A stretch of DNA of 64,000 nucleotides from Bacteroidota bacterium (GTDB lineage: Bacteria; Bacteroidota; Ignavibacteria; UBA10030; UBA6906), in NCBI GenBank assembly GCA_035516035.1, contig DATJAS010000029.1, forward strand, positions 14,434 through 78,433. Reading direction: 5' to 3'. Below are positions 29,947-39,028 of the stretch, one piece after another. Position 1 is the stretch's first letter; the number at the start of each line of letters is the position of its first letter. The position numbers and the translations under genes were made by a program. The notes under the pieces are model-generated. The model had not been told where the DNA came from and searched no databases. It saw only the letters and a list, made by a program, of their open reading frames with translations.

Positions 29947-30831
29947 TCATGATCCGGGCTCCGCTTTTGCGCGCGAGACCGCCAGCAGGTAGGCGTCCTC
30001 GAGCGTCGGAGCCGCCGGTCGGGCGCCGGGGCCAGGCGCCTCGGCTGAGATGACGCGGCAGAGCACCCCGTCATTTCGCCGCAGCGTCCCGCTCAGGAGG
30101 AAGCGCGATCGCACGGATGAGAGGTCTCCGCCCGGGATCGTCCACTCCCAGACGCTCCCCGATGCCCGGTTCAGAATCGCCCCGGGCTGCTCGTGCGCAA
30201 CGAGTCGCCCCCGCACGATGATGGCAATGTCCGTTGCCACCGACTCGACGTCGGGGACGATGTGCGTCGAGAGGATGACGATGCGTTCGCCTGAGAGGTC
30301 GGCGAGGAGATTCCGAAAACGGACGCGCTCCTCGGGATCGAGACCCGCGGTCGGCTCATCCACGATGAGAAGACGGGGATCGTTCAGCAGCCCCTGTGCG
30401 ATGCCCACGCGCTGCCGCATTCCCCCGGAGAATCCCCCCAGGCGCTGGTCCCGCTGGCCGGTGAGATTGACCAGGAGGAGCAGTTCGTCGATGCGTGATC
30501 TGGCCGTCGCGGCGGCCAGGCCTTTCGCGGCGGCGACATACGACAGAAACGCGACCGGCGTCAGGTTGGGATACACGCCGAAATCCTGCGGCAGGTATCC
30601 GAGCACGTTTCTCAGCCCGTCAGGGGAGCGGGCGGTGTCGACGCCGTCCCATGTCACCGTGCCTTCGGTCGGCCGCGAGACAGTCGCGAGGATTCGCATG
30701 AGCGTCGACTTCCCGGCCCCGTTCGGGCCAAGGAGCCCGAGGACGCCGGGAGAGAGCGTGAGCGAGAAATCTCTCAGCCCCCAGACGTTCGACTTGTAGC
30801 GCTTGCTGACGCTGCTGATGGCGAGGTTCAT
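29947..30831 (-). CDS. ABC transporter ATP-binding protein
   Basis: Walker A GPNGAGKST, signature FSGGMRQRVGIAQGL, Walker B LLIVDEPTAGLD. Confidence 0.85.
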   Translation of the reverse strand: MNLAISSVSKRYKSNVWGLRDFSLTLSPGVLGLLGPNGAGKSTLMRILATVSRPTEGTVTWDGVDTARSPDGLRNVLGYLPQDFGVYPNLTPVAFLSYVAAAKGLAAATARSRIDELLLLVNLTGQRDQRLGGFSGGMRQRVGIAQGLLNDPRLLIVDEPTAGLDPEERVRFRNLLADLSGERIVILSTHIVPDVESVATDIAIIVRGRLVAHEQPGAILNRASGSVWEWTIPGGDLSSVRSRFLLSGTLRRNDGVLCRVISAEAPGPGARPAAPTLEDAYLLAVSRAKAEPGS

Positions 30832-30929
30832 GGCGCGCTGCGATCGTTCGTTTGCGTTTGTCGTTTACCCTCATTACCATACCTTGAAATCTCGGTGTTT
30901 GGCACCGAATTTTCAATGTACGAATTTCC

Positions 30930-32090
30930 GTGGTTGATCGCCCCGAAGAAATCGCGAAGCTGAAAAAGCTTCTCCATGCGTACCCGGTCGTCGGCATCCT
31001 TGGTGCCCGGCAGGTGGGCAAGACCACGCTGGCCCGGATGGTGGTGGACCGCCTGGGCAGGCCCTCGGCCCGGTTCGACCTGGAGGATCCCGCCGACGTC
31101 GCCCGGCTGGCCGACCCGATGCTGGCGCTTTCTCCGCTGAAGGGACTCGTTGTCATCGATGAGATCCAGCGCCGCCCCGGGCTCTTTCCGGTTCTCCGCG
31201 TACTGGCGGATCGCCGGGGGCATCCGGCGAGGTTTCTCGTCCTCGGGAGCGCTTCTCCCGGCGTCGTGCGTCAGAGTTCGGATTCGCTCGCAGGGCGCAT
31301 CGCCTACCACACCCTGGCGGGCTTCGGGCTGGATGAGATTGGCGTCGATCACTTCAATCGCCTGTGGATGCGTGGCGGGTTTCCACAATCCTACCTGGCC
31401 AGGTCCGCTGCCGTCAGCTACCTGTGGCGCCGCAATTTTGTTCAGACCTTCCTCGAACGTGATATCCCGGTTCTCGGGTTCAACATCAGATCGGAAACGC
31501 TCCGGCGCTTCTGGTCCATGCTCGCCCATTACCACGGACAGATATGGAATACTTCCGAATTTGCCCGCTCGTTCGGGGTCGCGGACACGACGATTCGCGG
31601 GTATCTCGACATTTTGAGCGGCACGTTCATGGTCCGGCAGCTGTCGCCCTGGCATCAGAATATAGCCAAACGCCAGGTCAAGTCCCCGAAGGTGTATCTC
31701 ACGGACAGCGGGATCCTGCATGCGCTTCTGGGTCTGCACTCGGCCGACGACATTGAAGGCCACCCCAAGGCAGGCGCATCCTGGGAGGGGTTCGTCATAG
31801 AGCAGGTCCTGCGGCGCCTGCAGGCCGCGCCGGATGAATGCTATTTCTGGGCGACGCACGCCGGGGCAGAACTGGATCTTCTCGTCGTGCGTGGCAGGAA
31901 GCGCATAGGTGTGGAAGTGAAAAGGACAGTTGCGCCGGCCATCACTCCTTCGATGAGGAGGGCCCTTGCCGACCTGAAACTTGGAAGGCTGTTCGTCGTC
32001 CATGCGGGGACAGAGACTTTCCCTTTGCAGAAAAATATCACCGCTGTTGCTATTCACCGGTTGCTGTCAGACATTCCCATAATGAAGTAG
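30930..32090 (+). CDS. AAA+ ATPase with DUF4143 C-terminal domain
   Basis: GTG start. Walker A GARQVGKTT, Walker B VVIDEIQ. C-terminal region typical of DUF4143. Confidence 0.7.
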   Translation: MVDRPEEIAKLKKLLHAYPVVGILGARQVGKTTLARMVVDRLGRPSARFDLEDPADVARLADPMLALSPLKGLVVIDEIQRRPGLFPVLRVLADRRGHPARFLVLGSASPGVVRQSSDSLAGRIAYHTLAGFGLDEIGVDHFNRLWMRGGFPQSYLARSAAVSYLWRRNFVQTFLERDIPVLGFNIRSETLRRFWSMLAHYHGQIWNTSEFARSFGVADTTIRGYLDILSGTFMVRQLSPWHQNIAKRQVKSPKVYLTDSGILHALLGLHSADDIEGHPKAGASWEGFVIEQVLRRLQAAPDECYFWATHAGAELDLLVVRGRKRIGVEVKRTVAPAITPSMRRALADLKLGRLFVVHAGTETFPLQKNITAVAIHRLLSDIPIMK

Positions 32091-32110
32091 CAAAATTCCA
32101 GGAGCCTTCA

Positions 32111-32464
32111 ATGAAAAAGCACATCGAGCTTCTCGGCATTCTCCACCTGGTGTACGCGGGCGTCGGATTGCTGCTCGCCGCATTCCTGTTCGCCGTGCTC
32201 ACCACCGCCGGCTATATCTCGCACGACGATCTCGCCGTGCGCATCCTCGCGCTCGTCGCGGTGGTAATTTCCGGGCTTCTCACCGTTCTCTCCGTCCCCG
32301 GGATCATCGGGGGCATCGGCCTCCTGAAAATGCGACCCTGGTCGAGGCCGCTGGTCCTGATCGTGGGGTGCCTCCATCTCCTCTCGTTTCCCCTGGGGAC
32401 CGCCCTCGGCGTATACACACTCTGGGTGCTCCTCAATGACGAGACGCGGCAGATTCTCGCCTGA
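32111..32464 (+). CDS. small integral membrane protein (4 TM), hypothetical
   Basis: RBS GGAG upstream. Four hydrophobic helices. Confidence 0.5.
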   Translation: MKKHIELLGILHLVYAGVGLLLAAFLFAVLTTAGYISHDDLAVRILALVAVVISGLLTVLSVPGIIGGIGLLKMRPWSRPLVLIVGCLHLLSFPLGTALGVYTLWVLLNDETRQILA

Positions 32465-32503
32465 ATGCGCGGCTGCATGACATCGGCGTGCGGAGGAGTC
32501 GCC

Positions 32504-33259
32504 ATGAAACGCCTGGCGGCGCTCATTCTCATCTGCGTCTGGACGGCGTACGCGCAGGACGACGCGCTCTACAGGGCGCTCCGGGCCCTCCCGGGCGTGG
32601 AAGAAGTCTCCGCCGTCAAGGCGGACTCCATGTTCAGGGCGGCATATGAGATCAGGGTCCGCCAGCCGCTCGATCACGCGCACCCGGGGGGGAAATCCTT
32701 CCTCCAGTCCGTCTACGTCGATCACGTCGACAGCGGCAGCCCCGTGGTTCTTGAAACTGAAGGCTACGCGGTCACGCGCGGAGGGGGAAGACCGCGCGAG
32801 CTCGCATCGATTCTCCGATGCAACCAGGTCGTGGTCGAGCATCGCTTCTTCGGCGGGTCGGCTCCGGATTCGCTCGAATGGCCTTTCCTGACCACGCGCC
32901 AGGCGGCCGCCGATCACCACCACATCCGCGTGCTCCTCGGGGCGATCTACCGCGGGAAATGGGTGAGCAGCGGTACGAGCAAGGGGGGACAGACGGCCCT
33001 CTTCTACCGTTACTACTACCCGGATGACGTCGACGCGACCGTGGCGTACGTCGCCCCGGTCAACCTCTCTATTTACATATACGGGGAAAACGACCTCTGG
33101 GGTGCGACCGCAATGGAGCTTTCCGGGAAGACGAACGCGATCAAGGTCGTGAAGGCCGGGGGATCGCACAGGACCCGCATCCGCACGCTCTCACATGACC
33201 AGCAGGCGACCGTCTGCACTGCGCTCGAATCCTGGCTGGGTGTACATATCACTCGCTAG
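32504..33259 (+). CDS. secreted alpha/beta-hydrolase-fold protein (putative peptidase/esterase)
   Basis: RBS GGAGGAG. Signal peptide MKRLAALILICVWTAYAQ. GTSKGG nucleophile-elbow-like motif. Confidence 0.45.
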   Translation: MKRLAALILICVWTAYAQDDALYRALRALPGVEEVSAVKADSMFRAAYEIRVRQPLDHAHPGGKSFLQSVYVDHVDSGSPVVLETEGYAVTRGGGRPRELASILRCNQVVVEHRFFGGSAPDSLEWPFLTTRQAAADHHHIRVLLGAIYRGKWVSSGTSKGGQTALFYRYYYPDDVDATVAYVAPVNLSIYIYGENDLWGATAMELSGKTNAIKVVKAGGSHRTRIRTLSHDQQATVCTALESWLGVHITR

Positions 33260-34985
33260 TTGCCAGCCTCTGCAGATTCACCTTCGCGTCGGGGTTTCCC
33301 TTCGCGGCAGCCGCCCTGTAGTACCGCAATGCTTCTCTCCGGTTCCCCGTGTCCAGATACACGTTGCCCAGCCCGAGCTCCGGGATCCCGGAGGCGGGCG
33401 TGAGCCTATGCGCACTCAGGAAGAGTTCGACGGCGTGGCGCTTCAATCGCTCCGTGTCCGCACCGCGGGCAGCCCATGAACAGTCATACCCTGCCGCACA
33501 CTCCGCGGCGGCAAGTGAGAGCACGTCCCGCGAGTAGAGCCCTGCCGTGCCTTCGCGCCTGTACAGCTCGATGTAGAGGGGAGTCTCGATGACCGAGTTC
33601 ATCTTCCTGTACGCGAGGACCATCTTGGGTATCTGGTCTGACTTCATGAAGACGCGCGGCAGATCCCAGTACATTTCAGGGCTCGCTCCCGGGGGGAGAT
33701 CCAGCGCCCGGTCGAACCAGCGGTAGGCTTCAACGGTATCGCCGGCCAGCAGCAGCCCCCTCCCGAGAAGATAGGCCGCGGCCGAGCTCCCCGGCATATC
33801 CCCGGCCGCCTTTCTGAGAAACGGCAGGCACTTTCGCGGTGCGCGCCTCCCCATATAGGCGGTCCCGGCGAGAAGCGAAAGCACGGGCCTGTACTCGCAC
33901 TGGCTGCATGCTTCTTCAACGAGGCCCGGGGGAAAACGGCCGTACGAATTGAAGGGGGCCGTGCCCAGCCTGATGGCCGCGATCAGTTCATCGGATGCGT
34001 CCGACGTATCCCCTTCCTCCAGGAACACCTGGGCCCTGAAGAGGTGGGCGGGGGCGTACGTTGAGTCCAGCGCGAGCGCCCTGGCTGCGAGGCGAAGAGC
34101 AATGTCCGGGTGGTACATCCCGATGAGTTTGAGGGCTCCGCGAACGACGGGTCTGAGGGGCCGCGGACCTTCCCTTCGCAGCGCCGCAAGCTTGCCGAGC
34201 ATCTTCGCTTCGGCCAGGTCATCGATGTAATGTCGCGCTGCCTCGATGTACTCGACCGGAGCTTCGAGCCCCAGCCGGGCGGCATTTTCCAGGCAGGCGA
34301 ACGCAAGGGGGACGAGCCCGCTGTCTGAATACGCCTCGCCCATCATGAGATACGTCGATCCGCGGGTCGAGTCTCTCCCGATCGATAGACGAAGCAACGC
34401 AATCGCCCTGCCGTCTTCGTGGCGCCTGAGTCTGCATGCGGCCAGGCCTTCGTAGGCATCAACCAATCCCGGGTCCGCTGCGAGGGCTTGGCTCAGGAAC
34501 GCAGCGGCCGTGTCGTAGTTTGCGTACCCGTACGGCGGCGGCCAGGAGGTCAGCGCAAGGAGGCCCAGTTCCTTGAGCGTCGCCGGATTCCGCGGTGCGA
34601 GCGCCCGGGCCATTGCTATATGTTCCCCGGCTTCGCGAAGCGTGGAGCGAAGTATAATCGCCGCGACGCTGTCGACCGGCTTCCCCATGTCGTTCAACGA
34701 GGTTCCGTACAGGATGAAATCGCCTGCGAGTATTCCTCCGGCTGACCTGGAGCGGGCAACGTATTTCTGCAGGAGGGATGATCCGAGGAGGAGGCACAAG
34801 TCGGGATCGTTCGGCCTGGCAGAGAGGAGGTCCCTGCACCGTGCGATTACCGAATCCCTCTCTCGCTCGGCCGCGCCCGCCGGGCGTAGCGGAGCATGGT
34901 CTTCCTCTCCGCACCCTGTCCCAAGAAGGAATGACGCCACGAGGGGGAGCGACCTCAACCAATGCATTCGCGTTACGAGTCTCAT
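33249..34985 (-). CDS. tetratricopeptide-repeat (TPR) lipoprotein
   Basis: Lipobox-like LLGTGC. Multiple TPR-like repeats throughout. Confidence 0.7.
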   Translation of the reverse strand: MRLVTRMHWLRSLPLVASFLLGTGCGEEDHAPLRPAGAAERERDSVIARCRDLLSARPNDPDLCLLLGSSLLQKYVARSRSAGGILAGDFILYGTSLNDMGKPVDSVAAIILRSTLREAGEHIAMARALAPRNPATLKELGLLALTSWPPPYGYANYDTAAAFLSQALAADPGLVDAYEGLAACRLRRHEDGRAIALLRLSIGRDSTRGSTYLMMGEAYSDSGLVPLAFACLENAARLGLEAPVEYIEAARHYIDDLAEAKMLGKLAALRREGPRPLRPVVRGALKLIGMYHPDIALRLAARALALDSTYAPAHLFRAQVFLEEGDTSDASDELIAAIRLGTAPFNSYGRFPPGLVEEACSQCEYRPVLSLLAGTAYMGRRAPRKCLPFLRKAAGDMPGSSAAAYLLGRGLLLAGDTVEAYRWFDRALDLPPGASPEMYWDLPRVFMKSDQIPKMVLAYRKMNSVIETPLYIELYRREGTAGLYSRDVLSLAAAECAAGYDCSWAARGADTERLKRHAVELFLSAHRLTPASGIPELGLGNVYLDTGNRREALRYYRAAAAKGNPDAKVNLQRLATSE

Positions 34986-35156
34986 GGGGCCACCCGGTGA
35001 TCCAATAGGTCAGTCAATGTACCGAGCGAATCGTCCATCGGCAACAGGCATCCCGTTTCAGCCGGTGTCTGCCCCGGATGACAGGTTTTTGCGCGGTGCA
35101 GGAGAGCGTGCGGCGGTGGACATTCGCGAAACCTTCCCCTACATTTCACGTACCCC

Positions 35157-35280
35157 GATCATCGATGCCCGACCATTCACGTAGCTTGATCATCAATAGC
35201 CGACCATTCGCGTACTTCGACCATCGATACCCGACTATTCACGTACACTGATCATCGGTATCCGACACTCCCATGCCTGA
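35157..35280. repeat. 31-bp direct repeat x4 immediately upstream of, and overlapping the start codon of, the LCM-family methyltransferase
   Basis: gatcatcgatgcccgaccattcacgtagctt / gatcatcaatagccgaccattcgcgtacttc / gaccatcgatacccgactattcacgtacact / gatcatcggtatccgacactcccATGcctga. Confidence 0.75.
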
Positions 35281-36091
35281 AAAACTTGCGGTTCCTCTTG
35301 GCGAAGTCCAGAAGACGTTGTTCCTCCCCCTCTGGGGGCGCGCCGTCGAAACAAAGAAAGACCGCCCGCTCCTCTCGGACCCGACGGCCGTGAGAATCAT
35401 GGAGAGCGTGGAGTTCGATTTTGCCACGCTCGCCGGCAACCTGAAGAGCATCACGCAGCACGCCTGGATCGCGCGGAGCCTCCTCGTCGACCGCTGCGTG
35501 GCGGAATTCCTCCGGACATCGCCCGATGGCACGGTCGTCAACATCGGCTGCGGCATGGACACGACGTTCGACCGGGTCGACAACGGGAGCGTCCGCTGGT
35601 TTGATCTTGACCTGCCGGACGTCATCGCGCTGAGAAGAAAGTTCATTGACGAATCCCCGCGGAGAACGTTCATCGCGTCGTCGTTCCAGGACGACGCGTG
35701 GTTCGCGAATGTGCCGGCCGGTCGCGGGCTCATGTTCGTCGCGGCAGGCGTATTCTACTATTATGAAGCTCACGACGTCCGGGAATTCTTCGTGAGGCTG
35801 GCAGATCGGTTCCCGGGGTGCGCCGTCGTCTTTGACGCGGCGTCTCCCCGGGGGGTGGAAGCGGCGAACAGGCTGGTCCTGCGCGCGGGGGGGCTGGGAG
35901 AGGGGACCCCGCTCAGGTGGGGACTGAAAACCGCCGCCGAGCTCTCGTCCTGGGATTCCCGGATACGCGTCGTGTGCGAGCATCTGTACTTCAGGGAGGC
36001 GGGACTTCGCCTCCCGTTCCGGGACCGGATCACGGGCATGCTCTCCGACGCGCTGCGCATACAGTGGATCGTCCACTGCAGTTTCGGTTGA
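35273..36091 (+). CDS. class I SAM-dependent O-methyltransferase, LCM/TcmP family
   Basis: VVNIGCGMDTTFDRV motif characteristic of the leucine carboxyl methyltransferase / TcmP family. 272 aa. Confidence 0.7.
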   Translation: MPEKLAVPLGEVQKTLFLPLWGRAVETKKDRPLLSDPTAVRIMESVEFDFATLAGNLKSITQHAWIARSLLVDRCVAEFLRTSPDGTVVNIGCGMDTTFDRVDNGSVRWFDLDLPDVIALRRKFIDESPRRTFIASSFQDDAWFANVPAGRGLMFVAAGVFYYYEAHDVREFFVRLADRFPGCAVVFDAASPRGVEAANRLVLRAGGLGEGTPLRWGLKTAAELSSWDSRIRVVCEHLYFREAGLRLPFRDRITGMLSDALRIQWIVHCSFG

Positions 36092-36230
36092 CGCGTCGCG
36101 GCGATTCCGCCCGGGGTCGGTCCGGCGTGTTGCAATCCACGCGGGTATGCGGTACATTCTGTCGCCGATGCACCCCCGTCCTTCCCTGCATTCCCGCGGA
36201 CCGGCGTCTGTCCAATAGCCTGGAGGCCAC

Positions 36231-36773
36231 GTGCTGATCTTTATTGCCATCGCACTCGCGTCATTCATCCTTCTTGCCGGCTCCTTCTTCTTCGGGCACG
36301 ACCACGATACCGACCATGCCGACGTCTCTCACGGCCTGGACGGTCACGACCTCAGCCACGACATGGAACCGACGATCAGCTTCTTCTCCGTGAAGGTCAT
36401 CGCGACGCTGACGATGGGCTTCGGCGCCGCCGGGGCCATCGCCCGGCAGTACGGGGCCGACTACCTCGTCGCCTCGTTCATCGGACTCGGCACAGGGATC
36501 GCGCTTTCGCTCGCGATGTATTTCGTGCTCGAGCTGATCTACCGGCAGCAGTCGTCTTCGCTCGTGGCCACGTCCTCCGCGGTGGGACAGACGGGGATCG
36601 TGCAAACCGGCATCGCGCCGAACGCGCTCGGCGAGGTGAGCCTGAACGTCAGCGGCCAGTACATGACGTACCTGGCCAAGGGCTCCGGCCCGAAGGAGAT
36701 TCCCAAGGGACGGACGGTGAAAGTCGTGGGCCTGATCGGGAGCCAGCTCATCGTCGAAGAAATCCAGCAGTGA
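36231..36773 (+). CDS. NfeD-family membrane protein (flotillin-associated)
   Basis: GTG start after GGAGG. N-terminal TM helices plus C-terminal OB-like beta region (GRTVKVVGLIGSQLIVEEI). Directly upstream of flotillin. Confidence 0.7.
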   Translation: MLIFIAIALASFILLAGSFFFGHDHDTDHADVSHGLDGHDLSHDMEPTISFFSVKVIATLTMGFGAAGAIARQYGADYLVASFIGLGTGIALSLAMYFVLELIYRQQSSSLVATSSAVGQTGIVQTGIAPNALGEVSLNVSGQYMTYLAKGSGPKEIPKGRTVKVVGLIGSQLIVEEIQQ

Positions 36774-36800
36774 CACTCACTCACACCGGGAGCGACCTCC

Positions 36801-38354
36801 ATGGGCAACCTGATAGTTCCGTTCATGATCATCCTGCTCGCGCTCGCGTTCATCATCGTCCTGCGCGTGATCGCAAGCCGCTACAAGAAAATACCGCCGA
36901 ACGCCGTGGGTATCTTTTACGGGAGGAAGTACGCCTACAAGGACCCGGCGACGGGGAAAGAGCAGATGCTCGGGTTCAAGGTGGTCGGAGGCGGCGGCCG
37001 GATCATTCTCCCGTTCGTGGAGTCTTATCAGGAAATGTCCACCGCCGCGTTCCAGACGGAGATCGACGAGAAGGGGATCCCGAACAAGGACAACGTGAAG
37101 ATCAACGTGAAGGGGGTCGCCACGTGCAAGATCTCGACGGTCCCGGAAGACCTGGTCAACGCCGCGCAGTCGTTCCTGGGAAAGGGGGAGGCGGAGATCA
37201 AGGTGTTCGTCCAGAACATCCTCAAGGGACACCTCCGGTCCATCATCGGGAAGCTCGATATCGACAGCCTGCTCAGGGAGCGCGACCAGTTTAACAGGAA
37301 GGTCGTCGAGGAGTCGGCAGAGGAGCTGCGCCGCCTCGGGATCCAGATCATCACGCTGGTCATCCAGGAGGTGGGCGACGAGTACGGCTACATCGACGCG
37401 CTCGGCAAGCGCGCGGTCGCGGAGGCCGTGCGGGACGCGAACATCAAGGTGGCCGAGGCGGACCGCGAGACCGCGATCCGCGTGAGCACCGCGCAGCGGG
37501 AGGCGGCGACCGTCCGGGCCGCGAACGAGGCGTCGATCGCGGAAGCGGAGATGGGGCGCGACATCAAGAAGGCGGAGTTCAAGGTGAAGACGGACACCAG
37601 GCGGGCGGAAGCGGACAAGGCGCTCGATATCGCGAACGCGGACCAGGAGAAGACGCTCCGCGTGAAACAGGCGGACCGCGATGCGGCGGAGCGCGAGGCG
37701 CAGATCAAGGTGCAGGAGATGGAGGCCGTCCGGAAGCAGCGTGAGCTCGACGCCTCCGTGGTGAAGCAGGCGGAGGCGGAGCGGCAGAAGCGCGTGATCG
37801 ACGCGGACGCGGCGCGGCAGGAGAAGATCCTCCAGGCGGAAGCGGAGATGCAGCGGCTGATGAAGGAGGCGGAAGGGAAGAAGAACGCCGACACGCTCCT
37901 GGGCGAAGGGGAAGCCGCGAAAACGCGCGCCACGCTCCTGGCGCTCGCCGACGGCGAGGCCGCGAAGAAGAAACAGGCGCTGGTCGCGGAGGCGGAAGGA
38001 ACCGTTCAGCTCGCGGCGGCGTTGGCGAAGATGTCCACGGACGCGAAGCTGATCCTGGTCCTGGACCGGCTGCCGCTCCTGTTCGACAGGGGCGGAGACG
38101 CCCTCTCCAAGGTGGCGACGTCGGTCTTCTCGAGCGTCGCCGCGCCGTTCGGGAGCATCGACAAGATCGAGATCGTCGACACGGGTTCAGGCCGCGGGCT
38201 CGAGCAGTTAAGCTCCGTGGTGCCGGGCACGGTGTTCCGCACCGTGGCGGCCGCGAAGGCCCAGGGGATCGATATCTCGAAGATGCTCAAATTCCTCGGC
38301 GTCGATATCGAGGAGGCGCTGAAGAAGCTGGGCGACACCGAGAAAGCTGGTTAA
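36801..38354 (+). CDS. flotillin (SPFH/band-7 domain) family protein
   Basis: N-terminal TM, SPFH domain. Long Ala/Glu-rich coiled-coil with repeated AEAE/KQAEA motifs. Classic NfeD-flotillin pairing. Confidence 0.85.
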   Translation: MGNLIVPFMIILLALAFIIVLRVIASRYKKIPPNAVGIFYGRKYAYKDPATGKEQMLGFKVVGGGGRIILPFVESYQEMSTAAFQTEIDEKGIPNKDNVKINVKGVATCKISTVPEDLVNAAQSFLGKGEAEIKVFVQNILKGHLRSIIGKLDIDSLLRERDQFNRKVVEESAEELRRLGIQIITLVIQEVGDEYGYIDALGKRAVAEAVRDANIKVAEADRETAIRVSTAQREAATVRAANEASIAEAEMGRDIKKAEFKVKTDTRRAEADKALDIANADQEKTLRVKQADRDAAEREAQIKVQEMEAVRKQRELDASVVKQAEAERQKRVIDADAARQEKILQAEAEMQRLMKEAEGKKNADTLLGEGEAAKTRATLLALADGEAAKKKQALVAEAEGTVQLAAALAKMSTDAKLILVLDRLPLLFDRGGDALSKVATSVFSSVAAPFGSIDKIEIVDTGSGRGLEQLSSVVPGTVFRTVAAAKAQGIDISKMLKFLGVDIEEALKKLGDTEKAG

Positions 38355-38392
38355 CTCACTCCATCAGTGTTCAACCGTCAAAGGACCCGTCA

Positions 38393-38887
38393 TTGCCCGA
38401 TACCCCGGCACCGCCTGTCTACAACCTGGTTGAAGCCCACCCGAAAGCCATGGTGATTCACTGCAGCGATCCTCGCTTCCAGAAGGCCTTCAGGGATTTC
38501 ATCATGAACGAGCTTCACCTGCAGGACGGGGAATATATCCCGTTCGTGGTTTCGGGCGGTGTGGCTGCGCTTTCGGAGCCGCTGAAGCTCCCCAAGGAAT
38601 TCAAGTTCATGAAGGAGCGGATCGAGCTGTTCGCCGGGCTCTTCTCCTCGATTCATCGCGTCATCCTCATCAACCACGAGGACTGCCGGCACTATGACAT
38701 GCTCAAGTCGACGCTCGGGTCGATCTTCCTCCAGCATGCGGCGCACATGACCGACAGGCAGATCAAGGACCTCAGGAACGTCGCCCGGGCGGTCATGGGT
38801 TTTGTGGCGCCGGGGTACCAGCTGGAGATGTACTACGCCAGGATTGTGAAGAATGGAGCAGCGAGGATAGAATTCGAGAAGGTGTAG
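38393..38887 (+). CDS. hypothetical protein with beta-carbonic-anhydrase-like zinc ligand motifs
   Basis: VIHCSDPRF (CxDxR) and ILINHEDCRHY (HxxC) recapitulate the two beta-CA zinc-site motifs. Non-ATG (TTG) start per ORF track. Confidence 0.4.
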   Translation: MPDTPAPPVYNLVEAHPKAMVIHCSDPRFQKAFRDFIMNELHLQDGEYIPFVVSGGVAALSEPLKLPKEFKFMKERIELFAGLFSSIHRVILINHEDCRHYDMLKSTLGSIFLQHAAHMTDRQIKDLRNVARAVMGFVAPGYQLEMYYARIVKNGAARIEFEKV

Positions 38888-39028
38888 TGGAGTCGGCGGA
38901 CATGCGAATTCCCGGGGGAGTCGACCGCCCCGGCGGGGACCGGTTTCGCGCCTGTTAAACCGCCGCGCGGGGCTGCTGTCCAATATCTATCGTCCCACCA
39001 TCATTCACCATCAGAGGACATCTCACCG

